This document shows, one piece after another, positions 10,890-21,015 of a stretch of DNA of 64,000 bases. The notes below the pieces were generated by a model. It did no database searches, was not told the DNA's origin, and saw only the letters and a program-made list of their open reading frames with translations. Made by a program: the position numbers and the translations under genes. The first letter of the stretch is position 1, and each line of letters starts with the position of its first letter. The stretch comes from an uncultured Verrucomicrobiae bacterium (GTDB lineage: Bacteria; Verrucomicrobiota; Verrucomicrobiia; Limisphaerales; Palsa-1400), in NCBI GenBank assembly GCA_963702845.1, contig OY969763.1, positions 2,400,001 through 2,464,000 of the forward strand, written 5' to 3'.

Positions 10890-11178
10890 TTACACAATCT
10901 TGACACGCCGCCGCTTCACATTACAATGTCTTCGGCCGCCGACCGTTACCGGCTTCGGGTTGCAGTGCAACCCGGAGATGAACTTTGACAAAAGTTGCAG
11001 GATTTCCCGCTACAAAAGCGCTCCACTTGGCAACTAATTGCCGGAAGTAGGCGGAAGTTGCCAGAAGTTGCAACATTCCGATGATATTTTTCGCAGGAAA
11101 AGTTGCGATGCCAACCGGGTTTGACAAAATGGTTGTAACTTCCAGTCCCACATGCACTGTCTGACATCTGAAACCTTT

Positions 11179-12570
11179 ATGCGATTATTCAAAAAAGCCG
11201 TTGTGCTGACGATTGCGTGTCTCAGCGTTTGTTCCCTCACGCAAGCAGGCCAGCAAGGAAAACCTAATATCCTTTTCATCGTCGCCGATGATATGGGTTA
11301 CTCCGACGTCGGATTCCAGGGATGCAAAGACATTCCGACTCCCAACCTCGATGCGTTGGCCAAGTCGGGCGTGCGTTTTACGAGCGGCTATGTCTCGGCT
11401 CCCTATTGTTCACCGACCCGCGCTGGATTGTTGACGGGGCGATATCAAGAGAAGTTCGGGCATGAATTCAATCCGTCGTCGCCCGGCACTGGATTACCGG
11501 TCGGCGAAACAACGATTGCGAATCGTTTGAAGACCGTCGGCTACCGCACCGGCTTGGTCGGCAAATGGCATCAGGGCAGCGAACCGAAGTTCCATCCGCA
11601 ACAGCGTGGGTTCGATGAGTTCTTCGGATTCCTCGGCGGATCGCACAGCTATTTCAAATACAACGGCATGTTGCGCGGCACCGAACCGGTCAGCGGCACC
11701 GAATATTTCAGCGATGCTTTCGGGCGCGAAGCCTGCGACTATATCGCACATCATAAAGACGAACCCTGGTTCCTCTATCTCGCTTTCAACGCCGTGCACA
11801 CGCCGATGGACGCGACTGACGACCGCCTCAAGAAATTTGCCAACATCGAAGACAAGAAACGTCGCACTTATGCGGCGATGATGTTGGGACTGGACGACAA
11901 CGTCGGTCGCGTGCTCAACAAATTGGCCGAGACGGGCCAGACGGAAAACACTTACGTCATTTTCATCGCCGACAACGGCGGCCCGGTCATGCCCGGCACC
12001 ACGATGAACGCTTCGCACAATGATCCGCTCCGTGGAGGCAAACGCACAACGCTCGAAGGCGGCATACGCGTGCCGTTCATTGTGTCGTGGAAAGGACACG
12101 TGAAGCCGGGCGTTTACGACAACATGGCCATGCAACTTGATTTGACTGCCACGGCATTAAACATCGCCGGAGCGGACACGAAAAATATTGATGGTGTCAA
12201 CCTGCTGCCGTTCATAACCGGCGAGAATAAAGGCAAACCGCACGATGAGTTGTATTGGCGTTTCGGCGATCAGATGGCGATTCGCGTTGGCGATTACAAA
12301 CTCGTGCGGTATGACAAGAACGCAGACGTGCGCGTCGGCAAGCGCCTGGCGGCGATCGGGCCCTTCCTCTACAACCTGAAAGAGGACATCAGCGAAACCA
12401 AGGACTTATCGGCGCAAATGCCGGACAAGATGCACGAGCTTCAGACGAAGTGGGACGCGTGGAACAAGACGTTGATGAAGCCGCTCTGGGGTTTCGGCCA
12501 AGGCGACAGCGACGGCGACCCAAAACAGCCGAAAGCTAAGAAGAAGAAAAAAGACGTTCCGAGCGTTTAA
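11179..12570 (+). CDS. secreted sulfatase (S1, Cys-type)
   Basis: Signal peptide; KPNILFIVADDMGY; CSPTRAGLLTGR formylglycine motif; GKWH; EGGIRVP. Confidence 0.95.
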   Translation: MRLFKKAVVLTIACLSVCSLTQAGQQGKPNILFIVADDMGYSDVGFQGCKDIPTPNLDALAKSGVRFTSGYVSAPYCSPTRAGLLTGRYQEKFGHEFNPSSPGTGLPVGETTIANRLKTVGYRTGLVGKWHQGSEPKFHPQQRGFDEFFGFLGGSHSYFKYNGMLRGTEPVSGTEYFSDAFGREACDYIAHHKDEPWFLYLAFNAVHTPMDATDDRLKKFANIEDKKRRTYAAMMLGLDDNVGRVLNKLAETGQTENTYVIFIADNGGPVMPGTTMNASHNDPLRGGKRTTLEGGIRVPFIVSWKGHVKPGVYDNMAMQLDLTATALNIAGADTKNIDGVNLLPFITGENKGKPHDELYWRFGDQMAIRVGDYKLVRYDKNADVRVGKRLAAIGPFLYNLKEDISETKDLSAQMPDKMHELQTKWDAWNKTLMKPLWGFGQGDSDGDPKQPKAKKKKKDVPSV

Positions 12571-12668
12571 AGTCAGAGCCGGCGAGGCTGACGACTTGAC
12601 AGCCGGTTCGAAGTAGGCGAAAGGTTCTTTTGTCCTTCCCGCAACACGAACCTTAACCAAAACCAAGT

Positions 12669-15600
12669 ATGCATTTCGAGTGTCGTGGCCTCGTCCTTTG
12701 CGCGCTGCTGGCCCTGTTCGCTCCGGCGCCCGTGCTCGCGCAACATTCCACGACCGATTGGAGCATCGCATCACTCGACAAGATTCTCGCGGGTGTCGCG
12801 CCCGGACAGAAGACCGCGCTCGTCGGCGACATGGAAATTCTGGTCACCAATCTGCGCGCATGGCGCGATGAACTGGCCGGCGCGCGAACACCGCGCAGCG
12901 CATTCGATGGCGTCGCGCCGATCTGGACTGCCGGCAACGTCTACTACCAATTCAGCAACAACGTTTCGGTCGCGAACCAGAAACGGTATGTCGACGGAAT
13001 TGCGGAATGGACGATGTTCGCCAACCTGCATTTTATTCCGCGCACAATGCAGACCAATTACATCACCGTTTTGGAAGACCCGACGCTGAGTGGAGGTCAA
13101 TCCTCCGTTGGCATGATCGGAGGTCAACAGTTTCTAAAGATCGGACCGGACGCGTGGAATCGCCCGACGATTTGCCACGAAACCGGCCACGCGCTTGGCC
13201 TCATCCACGAACATCAACGTTCCGACCGTGACTCGTTCGTTGCTGTTCTGACCAACAATCTGGCCAATGGGTCTAACGACGGAAATTTCATCAAGCTATC
13301 CAATTCGAAAAACCAGGGTGCCTACGATTTTCTGTCAGTCATGCATTACAACCGGAATTCGTTTTCCAAAGACCAATCGTTGGACACGCTCGAACCACTG
13401 GCGCCCTACGTCCAATACATCGACATCATGGGACAAAAGTTTGATCCGGTGTTGAGCGTCAGTGATCGCGCCGGAATGGCAGCAATCTACGGAGCCGGCC
13501 CGACACTCAGCGCCGTTGTCACCAACACACAAGACAGCGGTGTGGGCAGTTTGCGGGCTGCGATGTATTACGCGATCGATCATCCCGGCACGACCGTCAC
13601 GTTCAACATTCCGACTTCGGATCCTCGCTACACGAACGGCGTTTATACGATCCAGCCGACCGATGGTTTCCCAAGCCTGCTCAACAACACGACGATCAAT
13701 GGCGCGTCGCAAAGCGGAAATCCGAGTGGTCCGTCGATCCAACTCAGCGGCGCACTCGCCCAGCCACCGGGAGTATTTCCAAACGGCCTCCATCTCGCCG
13801 GCACCAATTCGACGATCAATCACTTAGTCGTAAACGGATTCGCCGGGACTGGTATTCTGATTGATGGCACCACGGCTGTCGCAAACACGGTCACGGGCTG
13901 TTATCTTGGGATCGACCCCACCGGCTCGTTTCCAATCACAAACGGGTTATGCCCGCTGACAATCCAAAACGGTGCTCGTAGCAACATCATCGGTGGCCTC
14001 ACTGTAGCTGCACGCAATATTATTTCCGGCAGCCCATTTCAGGGCATGACCATTCGCGATCCCGGCACTGACTATAATGTGGTTGAAGGAAATTACATCG
14101 GCCTGAATAGCGTCGGCATCGGATCGTTGCCGAATACTTGGTCTGGGTTACAAATCTTCGGCGGCGCGCGTTCGAACATCATCGGCGGCGCGAATTTCAA
14201 CGCCCACAATGTGATCTCCGGTAACACCCTTCAAGGGCTCGTCATCTCCGACACAAACTCAGACGGCAACATCGTTATGGGAAACTATATTGGCCTCACA
14301 CCTGCCGGGACGTCTTCGATTCCAAATGGTTGGGCTGGCATCGATATCTTCGGCGGAGTTCGCGCAACTTTGATCCAGGGCAATTTCGTATCCGGCAATT
14401 CACTCCAGGGCATCGCTATCTCCGGCCTTGGGACGAGCGGGAATTTAGTCCAGGGAAATTACGTGGGCCTCGACGCCCTCGGCCAAAACGCGGTCCCGAA
14501 CGGCTGGTCCGGTGTGAACTTCTTCAACGGCGCGAAATCAAATCTTGTCGGCGGTTTGAGCCCCGCACTTCGTAACGTTATTTCCGGAAATTTAAATCAA
14601 GGCGTCGTCATGAACGATCCCGGCACGAGCGGGAACGTCGTTCAAGGGAATTACATCGGCGTGCAATCCTAACGGCACAGCGGCAATCTCCAACGGATGG
14701 GCCGGCGTCGAACTCTTCAACGGACCTGGCGGCAACTTGATCGGCGGCACCACGGCTGCGGCGCGAAACATCATTTCTGGCAACGGCATTCAAGGAGTCA
14801 GCTTCAACGGGGTGTCAAATAATGTCGTGCAGGGGAATTTCATTGGGGTGGACGTAAACGGGTCGACGCGGATTCCGAATCTTGCGCCGGGTGTCCTCTT
14901 ATATAATGGCGCGCAATCTAATGCCATTGGAGGTCTCCTCTCCGGCGCGGGAAATGTCGTTTCTGGAAACGCTAATCAAGGCGTTGCCATTTTTGATCCA
15001 GGCACGAGAAACAATCTCGTCGCCGGGAATTTGATTGGCGTCACTGCCAATGGCACGACAGCCCTTTCTAATAACTGGTCCGGGGTTGAACTTGGTAACG
15101 GCGCGCAATCGAATCTCATCGGCGGCGGGCCTGGCGCGCGCAATACGATTTCCGGCAACGGTAATTACGGCGTGCTCATTGGCAGTTCCGGGACGAGTTT
15201 CAATGTCGTGCAGGGAAACAGCATTGGCTGTGAATGCCACAAGCATGTCGGCGGTGCCGAATTCCTTCGCTGGCGTGATTCTTTTTGGCGGTTCTCAATC
15301 AAACCTCATTGGCGGCACAATTGCGGGCAATGCAAACATCATTGCGAACAACTTGTCGGATGGCGTGCAGCTTTTTGACGCGACGACAGTCGGCAACACC
15401 GTTCGTGGCAACTCAATCTTCAGCAATAGCGGCGCAGGTTTGAACCTTTACAACAACGCAAACAACAATTCCAGCACGCCGACGTTGACTTCGGCGATCA
15501 TCGGAACGAATACGACTATTCGCGGAACTTTATTCAGCTCACCCAACACAACCTATCATTTGGATTTTTATTCGAGTCCTGCGACATCGCCACAAGCAAT

Positions 15601-16157
15601 GGTCTATCTCGGCTCGCGTGACGCAACAACCGCCAACAACTCATCTGTCACATTCACAAATTCATTCTCCGCACTGATTCCCGCTCGGACGCGTCATCAC
15701 CGCCACTGCGACTGATCTTCAAGGCAACACCTCAAGTCTTTCTGCCGCGGTGACAGTCCAAGGCACCAGCACGGTGAACGACGGCATTCCCGACGCCTGG
15801 CGCACCCGTTATTTTGGCGGCAGCGGCACCACCACCAACAGTCAATCCTGTGCAACGTGCGATCCTGATCATGACGGGATGAACAATTTCCAGGAATTCG
15901 CCGCCGGCACGAACCCGACCAACGCGTCCAGCGCGCTCGTTCTCACCGAATTCAACACCAACCAACTCGGCGGCATCACCGCATTCAATTCGTCATCGGG
16001 CGTCGTGTACAGTTTGGAATATCGCAATAATTTTAATGTGCCCGGTTGGTCGGTGTTATCGGACCAACTCATCGGCACCGGCACAAATATCGTCGTCGTC
16101 GACCCCGCTTCCGCCACAGTCCGAAACCGATTCTACCGCGCACGAGTACTTTGGTGA
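12669..16157 (+). CDS. secreted M12A (astacin) metalloprotease with beta-helix repeats; split by three +1 indels
   Basis: HETGHALGLIHEHQRSDRD and SVMHY Met-turn; repeated NVISGN/VQGNYIG units continue across shifts near 14663, 15229 and 15686; ends with DxDxDGMNNxxEFxAGTNP and RFYRARVLW; about 1160 aa when joined. Confidence 0.88.
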
Positions 16158-16221
16158 TATTTAAAGTCAGCGCGAAGCCCGAGCCGTTTAAGCGGAATAC
16201 CCACGGCTAAATTCACGCGCA

Positions 16222-16249
16222 TTGACATATGCCCTTACAGGTATATGCT
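16222..16249 (+). promoter_or_regulatory. sigma70 promoter overlapped by probable ArsR operator
   Basis: TTGACA (16222)-16 bp-TATGCT (16244); imperfect inverted repeat CATATGCC-N6-GGTATATG at 16226-16247. Confidence 0.65.
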
Positions 16250-16258
16250 CGGGATGGA

Positions 16259-16645
16259 ATGAAGCTGCTGAAAATTTACAAGTGCCTCTGCGATGAAACG
16301 CGGCTGCGCATTTTGCACCTGCTCTCTCAAGGCCCCCTCTGCGTGTGCCATTTCCAAAACATTCTCCGGACGCCGCAGGTCGCCGTTTCCAAGCACCTGG
16401 CCTATTTGCGCAAACATGGTCTGGTAACAGCTCAGCGCCATGAGCAGTGGATGGTTTACCAATTGGCGGCCAAGCGCTCGAGTGAACTGCACCTGCAGTT
16501 GCGATGTTTGCAAGATTGCGTCCAGTCGCATCCGATATTTCGAGAGGACCTCAAACGGCTCAAAAAAATCCGGTGCGAGTGTGATTGGGTGAAAAAGATC
16601 GCCCCGACCAAAAAAACGAAAGTATCAAATTTAAAAACGGCATGA
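16259..16645 (+). CDS. arsR: ArsR/SmtB family repressor
   Basis: DETRLRILHLL; LCVCH; VSKHLAYLRKHGLV; heads the ars operon. Confidence 0.9.
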   Translation: MKLLKIYKCLCDETRLRILHLLSQGPLCVCHFQNILRTPQVAVSKHLAYLRKHGLVTAQRHEQWMVYQLAAKRSSELHLQLRCLQDCVQSHPIFREDLKRLKKIRCECDWVKKIAPTKKTKVSNLKTA

Positions 16646-17109
16646 AGTTATCTGAATTGAAAAAGGTGTTGGCGGAACACTCGACCAAAAACGTCCGGTT
16701 TGTATTGCCGATCGGCAGCAAGGTTCCCCCGCACGCCCATGTGACGGAGGTGGCCCGGATTGATAAGCGATTTGTGGACTGCGGCGGAACGTTTCGGACG
16801 GAATCGGTTTGCCGGCTGCAGACTTGGTTTCAAAATGATACGGACCATCGACTGAGCGCAGGCAAGTTGCTCGGGATCTTGGAAAAAGCCGGTTCGTTCC
16901 TCGGCGAAGATGATTTGGAAGTGGACGTGGAGTATGAAGCGCCGTTCATTTCGCAGTTCCCGATCAGTGCGGTCGAAGCTGACGAAGAAGCGCTGGTGGT
17001 GAACCTCGGGATTAAACGCACGGCCTGCCTTGCGGAAGACAGGTGCTTGCCCCCAAAGATCCGAACGTTCCAGCTAATCCCAAGTTTCAAATCCACAAAG
17101 TGCTGCTGA
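16642..17109 (+). CDS. DUF6428-like Cys/His-rich protein of ars operons
   Basis: [31 protein letters not shown]; terminal CC; ATGA overlap with arsR. Confidence 0.75.
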   Translation: MKLSELKKVLAEHSTKNVRFVLPIGSKVPPHAHVTEVARIDKRFVDCGGTFRTESVCRLQTWFQNDTDHRLSAGKLLGILEKAGSFLGEDDLEVDVEYEAPFISQFPISAVEADEEALVVNLGIKRTACLAEDRCLPPKIRTFQLIPSFKSTKCC

Positions 17110-17116
17110 CATATTT

Positions 17117-17563
17117 ATGACCAAGAAACCGACGGTGTTAGTTCTGTGTACCGGCAATTCGTGTCGGAGCCATCTTGCGGAAGGAATTCTGCGGGCTGCG
17201 GCTGGCGATATTCTCGACGTGCAGAGCGCCGGTTCAAATCCGGCGGGCTATGTTCATCCGCTTGCGATCAAAGTCATGACCGAAATCGGCATCGATATCT
17301 CGAAGCATCGTTCAAAGCACTTAAATGAATTTCTGAATCAGCCGATCGAAACGGTGATTACGGTTTGTGGAAACGCGGACCAGGCGTGCCCGATTTTTCC
17401 CGGGCAGGTAAACCGCCATCACTGGGGGTTCTACGATCCGGCAAAGGCCGAAGGGACGGACGAGCAGAAGTTGGTGGCATTTCGACAGGTGCGGGATGAA
17501 ATTCGCCGCGTTTTTGAGGCGTATGCGGCAGGGAGAAAAGATCAAAAGAATGGTTCGTGTTAA
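17117..17563 (+). CDS. arsC: arsenate reductase, LMW-PTP/thioredoxin type
   Basis: [10 protein letters not shown]-loop; [23 protein letters not shown]. Confidence 0.93.
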   Translation: MTKKPTVLVLCTGNSCRSHLAEGILRAAAGDILDVQSAGSNPAGYVHPLAIKVMTEIGIDISKHRSKHLNEFLNQPIETVITVCGNADQACPIFPGQVNRHHWGFYDPAKAEGTDEQKLVAFRQVRDEIRRVFEAYAAGRKDQKNGSC

Positions 17564-17574
17564 GAACGAGATTT

Positions 17575-18669
17575 ATGGCGACCGAAATTGAATTTGCGAA
17601 CAAGCAATCCGAACGCCCTCAGTCGAAACGTCTGGGCTTTTTTGAACGTTACCTGACCGTGTGGGTATTGTTGTGCATGGTGGTCGGGGTTGCATTTGGC
17701 AAGTTGATGCCGGATGTGACGGCAGCGTTGAGTAAGATGGAGTTCGGACAAGGGTCGCGGGTAAATGTGCCGATTGGAATTCTGCTGTGGCTGATGATCT
17801 ATCCAATGATGTTGAAGGTGGATTTCGGCGCTATTGGCGGCATTGCACGACGGCCCAAAGGGTTGGCGGTGACGTTGTTTGTGAACTGGCTGGTCAAGCC
17901 GTTCAGCATGGCGCTGCTGGCGTGGGTTTTTATGAAGCACGTATTCGCGCCGTGGATCGATCCGGAAACGGCGAAGAACTACACGGCGGGATTGATCATT
18001 CTGGCGGCGGCTCCGTGCACAGCGATGGTGTTCGTGTGGTCGTATCTGACGGATGGCGATCCGGCTTACACTCTCGTCCAGGTGGCGGTGAATGATTTGA
18101 TCATGTTGGTGGCGTTTGCGCCGATCGTGATGATCTTGTGCGGCGTGGCGCATGTGGTCGTGCCGGCGAAAGTGCTGATAACTTCGGTCGTCGTTTTCAT
18201 CGTCGTGCCGCTGAGCGCCGGATGGCTGACGCGTTGGCTGTTGTTGAAGTCGCACGGTAAGGGTTGGTTTGAGGGAACATTCCTGCCGAAGTTTCATCCG
18301 GTGATGATCGGAGCGTTGCTGCTGACGTTGGTTTTAATATTCGCGTTTCAAGCGGAGAATTTGACGAAGCGTTGGTTTGCGGTCGTGCTGTTGGCTGTGC
18401 CGATTATCATTCAGGTGTATTTCAACTCCGGCCTAGCCTACCTGCTGATGAAGGCATTGAAGGTCGAACATAGCGTGGCCGCGCCAGGCGCTTTGATTGG
18501 AGCGAGCAATTTTTTTGAGTTGGCGGTAGCGGTCGCGATCACTTTGTTCGGATCCAATTCTGGCGCGGCGCTGGCAACGGTGGTCGGCGTTTTGGTTGAG
18601 GTTCCAGTGATGTTGTCGGTTTGTGGTGTGTGCAATCGAACGCGCGGCTGGTTCGTGAAGGAGGCTTGA
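17575..18669 (+). CDS. acr3: ACR3 family arsenite efflux transporter
   Basis: FFERYLTVWV; WLMIYPMM; AAPCTAMVFVW; GASNFFELAVAVAI; GVLVEVPVML. Confidence 0.95.
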   Translation: MATEIEFANKQSERPQSKRLGFFERYLTVWVLLCMVVGVAFGKLMPDVTAALSKMEFGQGSRVNVPIGILLWLMIYPMMLKVDFGAIGGIARRPKGLAVTLFVNWLVKPFSMALLAWVFMKHVFAPWIDPETAKNYTAGLIILAAAPCTAMVFVWSYLTDGDPAYTLVQVAVNDLIMLVAFAPIVMILCGVAHVVVPAKVLITSVVVFIVVPLSAGWLTRWLLLKSHGKGWFEGTFLPKFHPVMIGALLLTLVLIFAFQAENLTKRWFAVVLLAVPIIIQVYFNSGLAYLLMKALKVEHSVAAPGALIGASNFFELAVAVAITLFGSNSGAALATVVGVLVEVPVMLSVCGVCNRTRGWFVKEA

Positions 18670-18918
18670 ACGCTGAACCGGAAAAGGTTTCCTAGATGTC
18701 GGTCTAATTGTAGTGAATTCCCCCACAGCGGTTGCCGTCAAAAAAGCGCTCTTCCGTTTTTGCGATCGAGAGCGTGTCAAACAAACTTAAGCGCACATTA
18801 ATTTATCTTAATTGCATGGACGTATTGAGTCCCAATGTGTTATATTGACGGATAACTACTACGTAAGGCCGCCTTTTTTATGATTAGCTGCCGAACGTTG
18901 TGCCCGTTTTACAGCCGA

Positions 18919-21015
18919 ATGAAACCGATCCAGGCCGTTGCACTGTTGACTGCTGTCTTTTTGGCCGCTGTCCCTACTTTTGGCGCGCCGTCCATAATTC
19001 CCCTTCCCGTCACGATGCAGACGCGCCCCGGCGTGTTTACCCTCGGGCCGAATGTGGCGAGCCCAAATTCCAATTCGCGCGCCACGCGCAAGATCTTCGT
19101 CGATGCGGGCTCGGCGCAAACAGGCCAGTATCTCGCGATGATGCTGTCGCGCTCGACTGGTTATCAATTTTCAATCGTGACGAATAACGCGGTCGGTCCG
19201 GTGCACAATGTCATCCTGCTCACGACGGTCAACGCGCTCGGCACGCTTGGCAGCGAGGGTTACGAACTGACCGTTGCACCTGATTCGGTGGTCATTCGCG
19301 CGCCGCAACAGGCGGGAATGTTTTGGGGTGTGCAATCGTTGCTGCAACTTTTCCCGCCACAGATTTTATCTCCCCAGCCGGTGAGCAGTGTCGCGTGGAC
19401 TGCGCCGTGCGTTTATATCCAGGACTATCCGCGCTTTGCGTATCGCGGTGTGATGCTCGATGTCGCGCGGCATTTCGTGGACAAGCAGGAGATTGAAAAG
19501 ATTCTCGATGGGCTCGTCTTGCATAAAATTAATCAATTCCACTGGCACCTCAATGATGACCACGGTTGGCGGCTTGAAATTAAATCCTATCCATTACTCA
19601 CCGGCGACGGGCTGACGACAAACTCTGGTGCATTTCGAACAGGCATCGACTACGGACTTCCTCCCAGGTCGAGCACAGCATGGAATTCGGCCGGTAGATA
19701 CGGAGGTTATTACACGCAAGAGGACGTCAAAGAAGTTGTCGCCTATGCGACGCAACGGCATATCAATATCGTTCCGGAAATGGAATTCCCCGCCCATTGC
19801 AGTGCAGCGCTTTGGTCCTATGCGGAATTCGGATGCGGTAATGCGGCCAGTGCTTATAACATGGACAGCATTGTATACAGCAAAACGCTGTTCAGCATCG
19901 CGAATTCGTGGACGTTCTTTACCAATGTGTTGACAGAAGTCTGCAACCTGTTCCCGAGCCAATATATCCATTGCGGAGGGGATGAAGTTATTGCCACCGG
20001 TGATACGCAGTGGACGACTTACGGCCCTGATGCAGCGCTGATGACGTCGCTCGGCATCAGCACGAGCGGCGGACAACCCGCGCGACGCCAATATCAACGC
20101 TATCTGACAACAAATCTTGTCGCCTTCCTCCAATCGAAGGGCAGGACGATGGGTGGTTGGTCGGAAATTGAAGATTCGCAAATCGTTAACGGCGCCCTGC
20201 TCTACGAATGGGAAACGGATCAAGCCGCCGCCGCAGCCGCCGCCGGTAACGCGGTTGTGATGTGCCCGAACGGCATCAACTATTACGAAGTGTCATCGAC
20301 ACAAACAAATCCTTATGCAACGAACGTTGAACCTTACTTCATCGTCGGCGGCAATCCGTCCTACAAAACAGTCAGCACAGTCTATAACTACGACCCGGTC
20401 GCCTCATCAGGAGCGGTTGGAACGGCGACAAATAACATCATCGGTGGGCAGTTGAATCTTTGGACTGAAAATGTCCCGAGTCCAATGAACGTAGAATACA
20501 AGATGTTCCCAAGAATGTGCGCTCAAGCAGAGGCGACATGGACGCCGCTTGCACAAAAGGGTCTTAGCGGTTTCACAACCCGATTGGTTACTGACGAACA
20601 GCGGTTGGGACAGATGGGATTGAATTACAACAGGGAAAATATACCTCTGATCGGCACTTGGGGCCCGACCATCTCAACCAGCGGAACAAGTGCGACTTAC
20701 GATATCACCTCAAACGTGACCAAAGCGGGCGAAATCGATATCAGCTTCGTTTACCAATCCGGCAACAATGCCGCAACTGTCTCGAACGTCATTTTGTTCG
20801 AGGACGGTGTTCAAATTGATACCGATAGCCATTCAGGTCGTGCGGGCGCGAATTTCCCGAACGGCTTCGTGCAAAGTTCTACGTTAATTTTGCCGTACTA
20901 CATTTTTCACCTGAAAACTTACCATCCGGGATCGACTTATACGATCCAGTGCACTTTGACCGGCGTCGGTGGGACCGCTTCAGCCGGCAACGTTTACATG
21001 CCTAATTGGAACTAA
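18919..21015 (+). CDS. GH20 beta-N-acetylhexosaminidase with C-terminal beta-sandwich
   Basis: Signal peptide; DYPRFAYRGVMLDVARHF; FHWHLNDDHGWR; PEMEFPAH; HCGGDEV catalytic DE; LWTE. Confidence 0.93.
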   Translation: MKPIQAVALLTAVFLAAVPTFGAPSIIPLPVTMQTRPGVFTLGPNVASPNSNSRATRKIFVDAGSAQTGQYLAMMLSRSTGYQFSIVTNNAVGPVHNVILLTTVNALGTLGSEGYELTVAPDSVVIRAPQQAGMFWGVQSLLQLFPPQILSPQPVSSVAWTAPCVYIQDYPRFAYRGVMLDVARHFVDKQEIEKILDGLVLHKINQFHWHLNDDHGWRLEIKSYPLLTGDGLTTNSGAFRTGIDYGLPPRSSTAWNSAGRYGGYYTQEDVKEVVAYATQRHINIVPEMEFPAHCSAALWSYAEFGCGNAASAYNMDSIVYSKTLFSIANSWTFFTNVLTEVCNLFPSQYIHCGGDEVIATGDTQWTTYGPDAALMTSLGISTSGGQPARRQYQRYLTTNLVAFLQSKGRTMGGWSEIEDSQIVNGALLYEWETDQAAAAAAAGNAVVMCPNGINYYEVSSTQTNPYATNVEPYFIVGGNPSYKTVSTVYNYDPVASSGAVGTATNNIIGGQLNLWTENVPSPMNVEYKMFPRMCAQAEATWTPLAQKGLSGFTTRLVTDEQRLGQMGLNYNRENIPLIGTWGPTISTSGTSATYDITSNVTKAGEIDISFVYQSGNNAATVSNVILFEDGVQIDTDSHSGRAGANFPNGFVQSSTLILPYYIFHLKTYHPGSTYTIQCTLTGVGGTASAGNVYMPNWN

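Noticed and set aside
15848..15863. CATCD as a heme-binding motif
   Set aside because: Lacks the His of CxxCH and sits within the Ca-binding-like DPDxDG repeat
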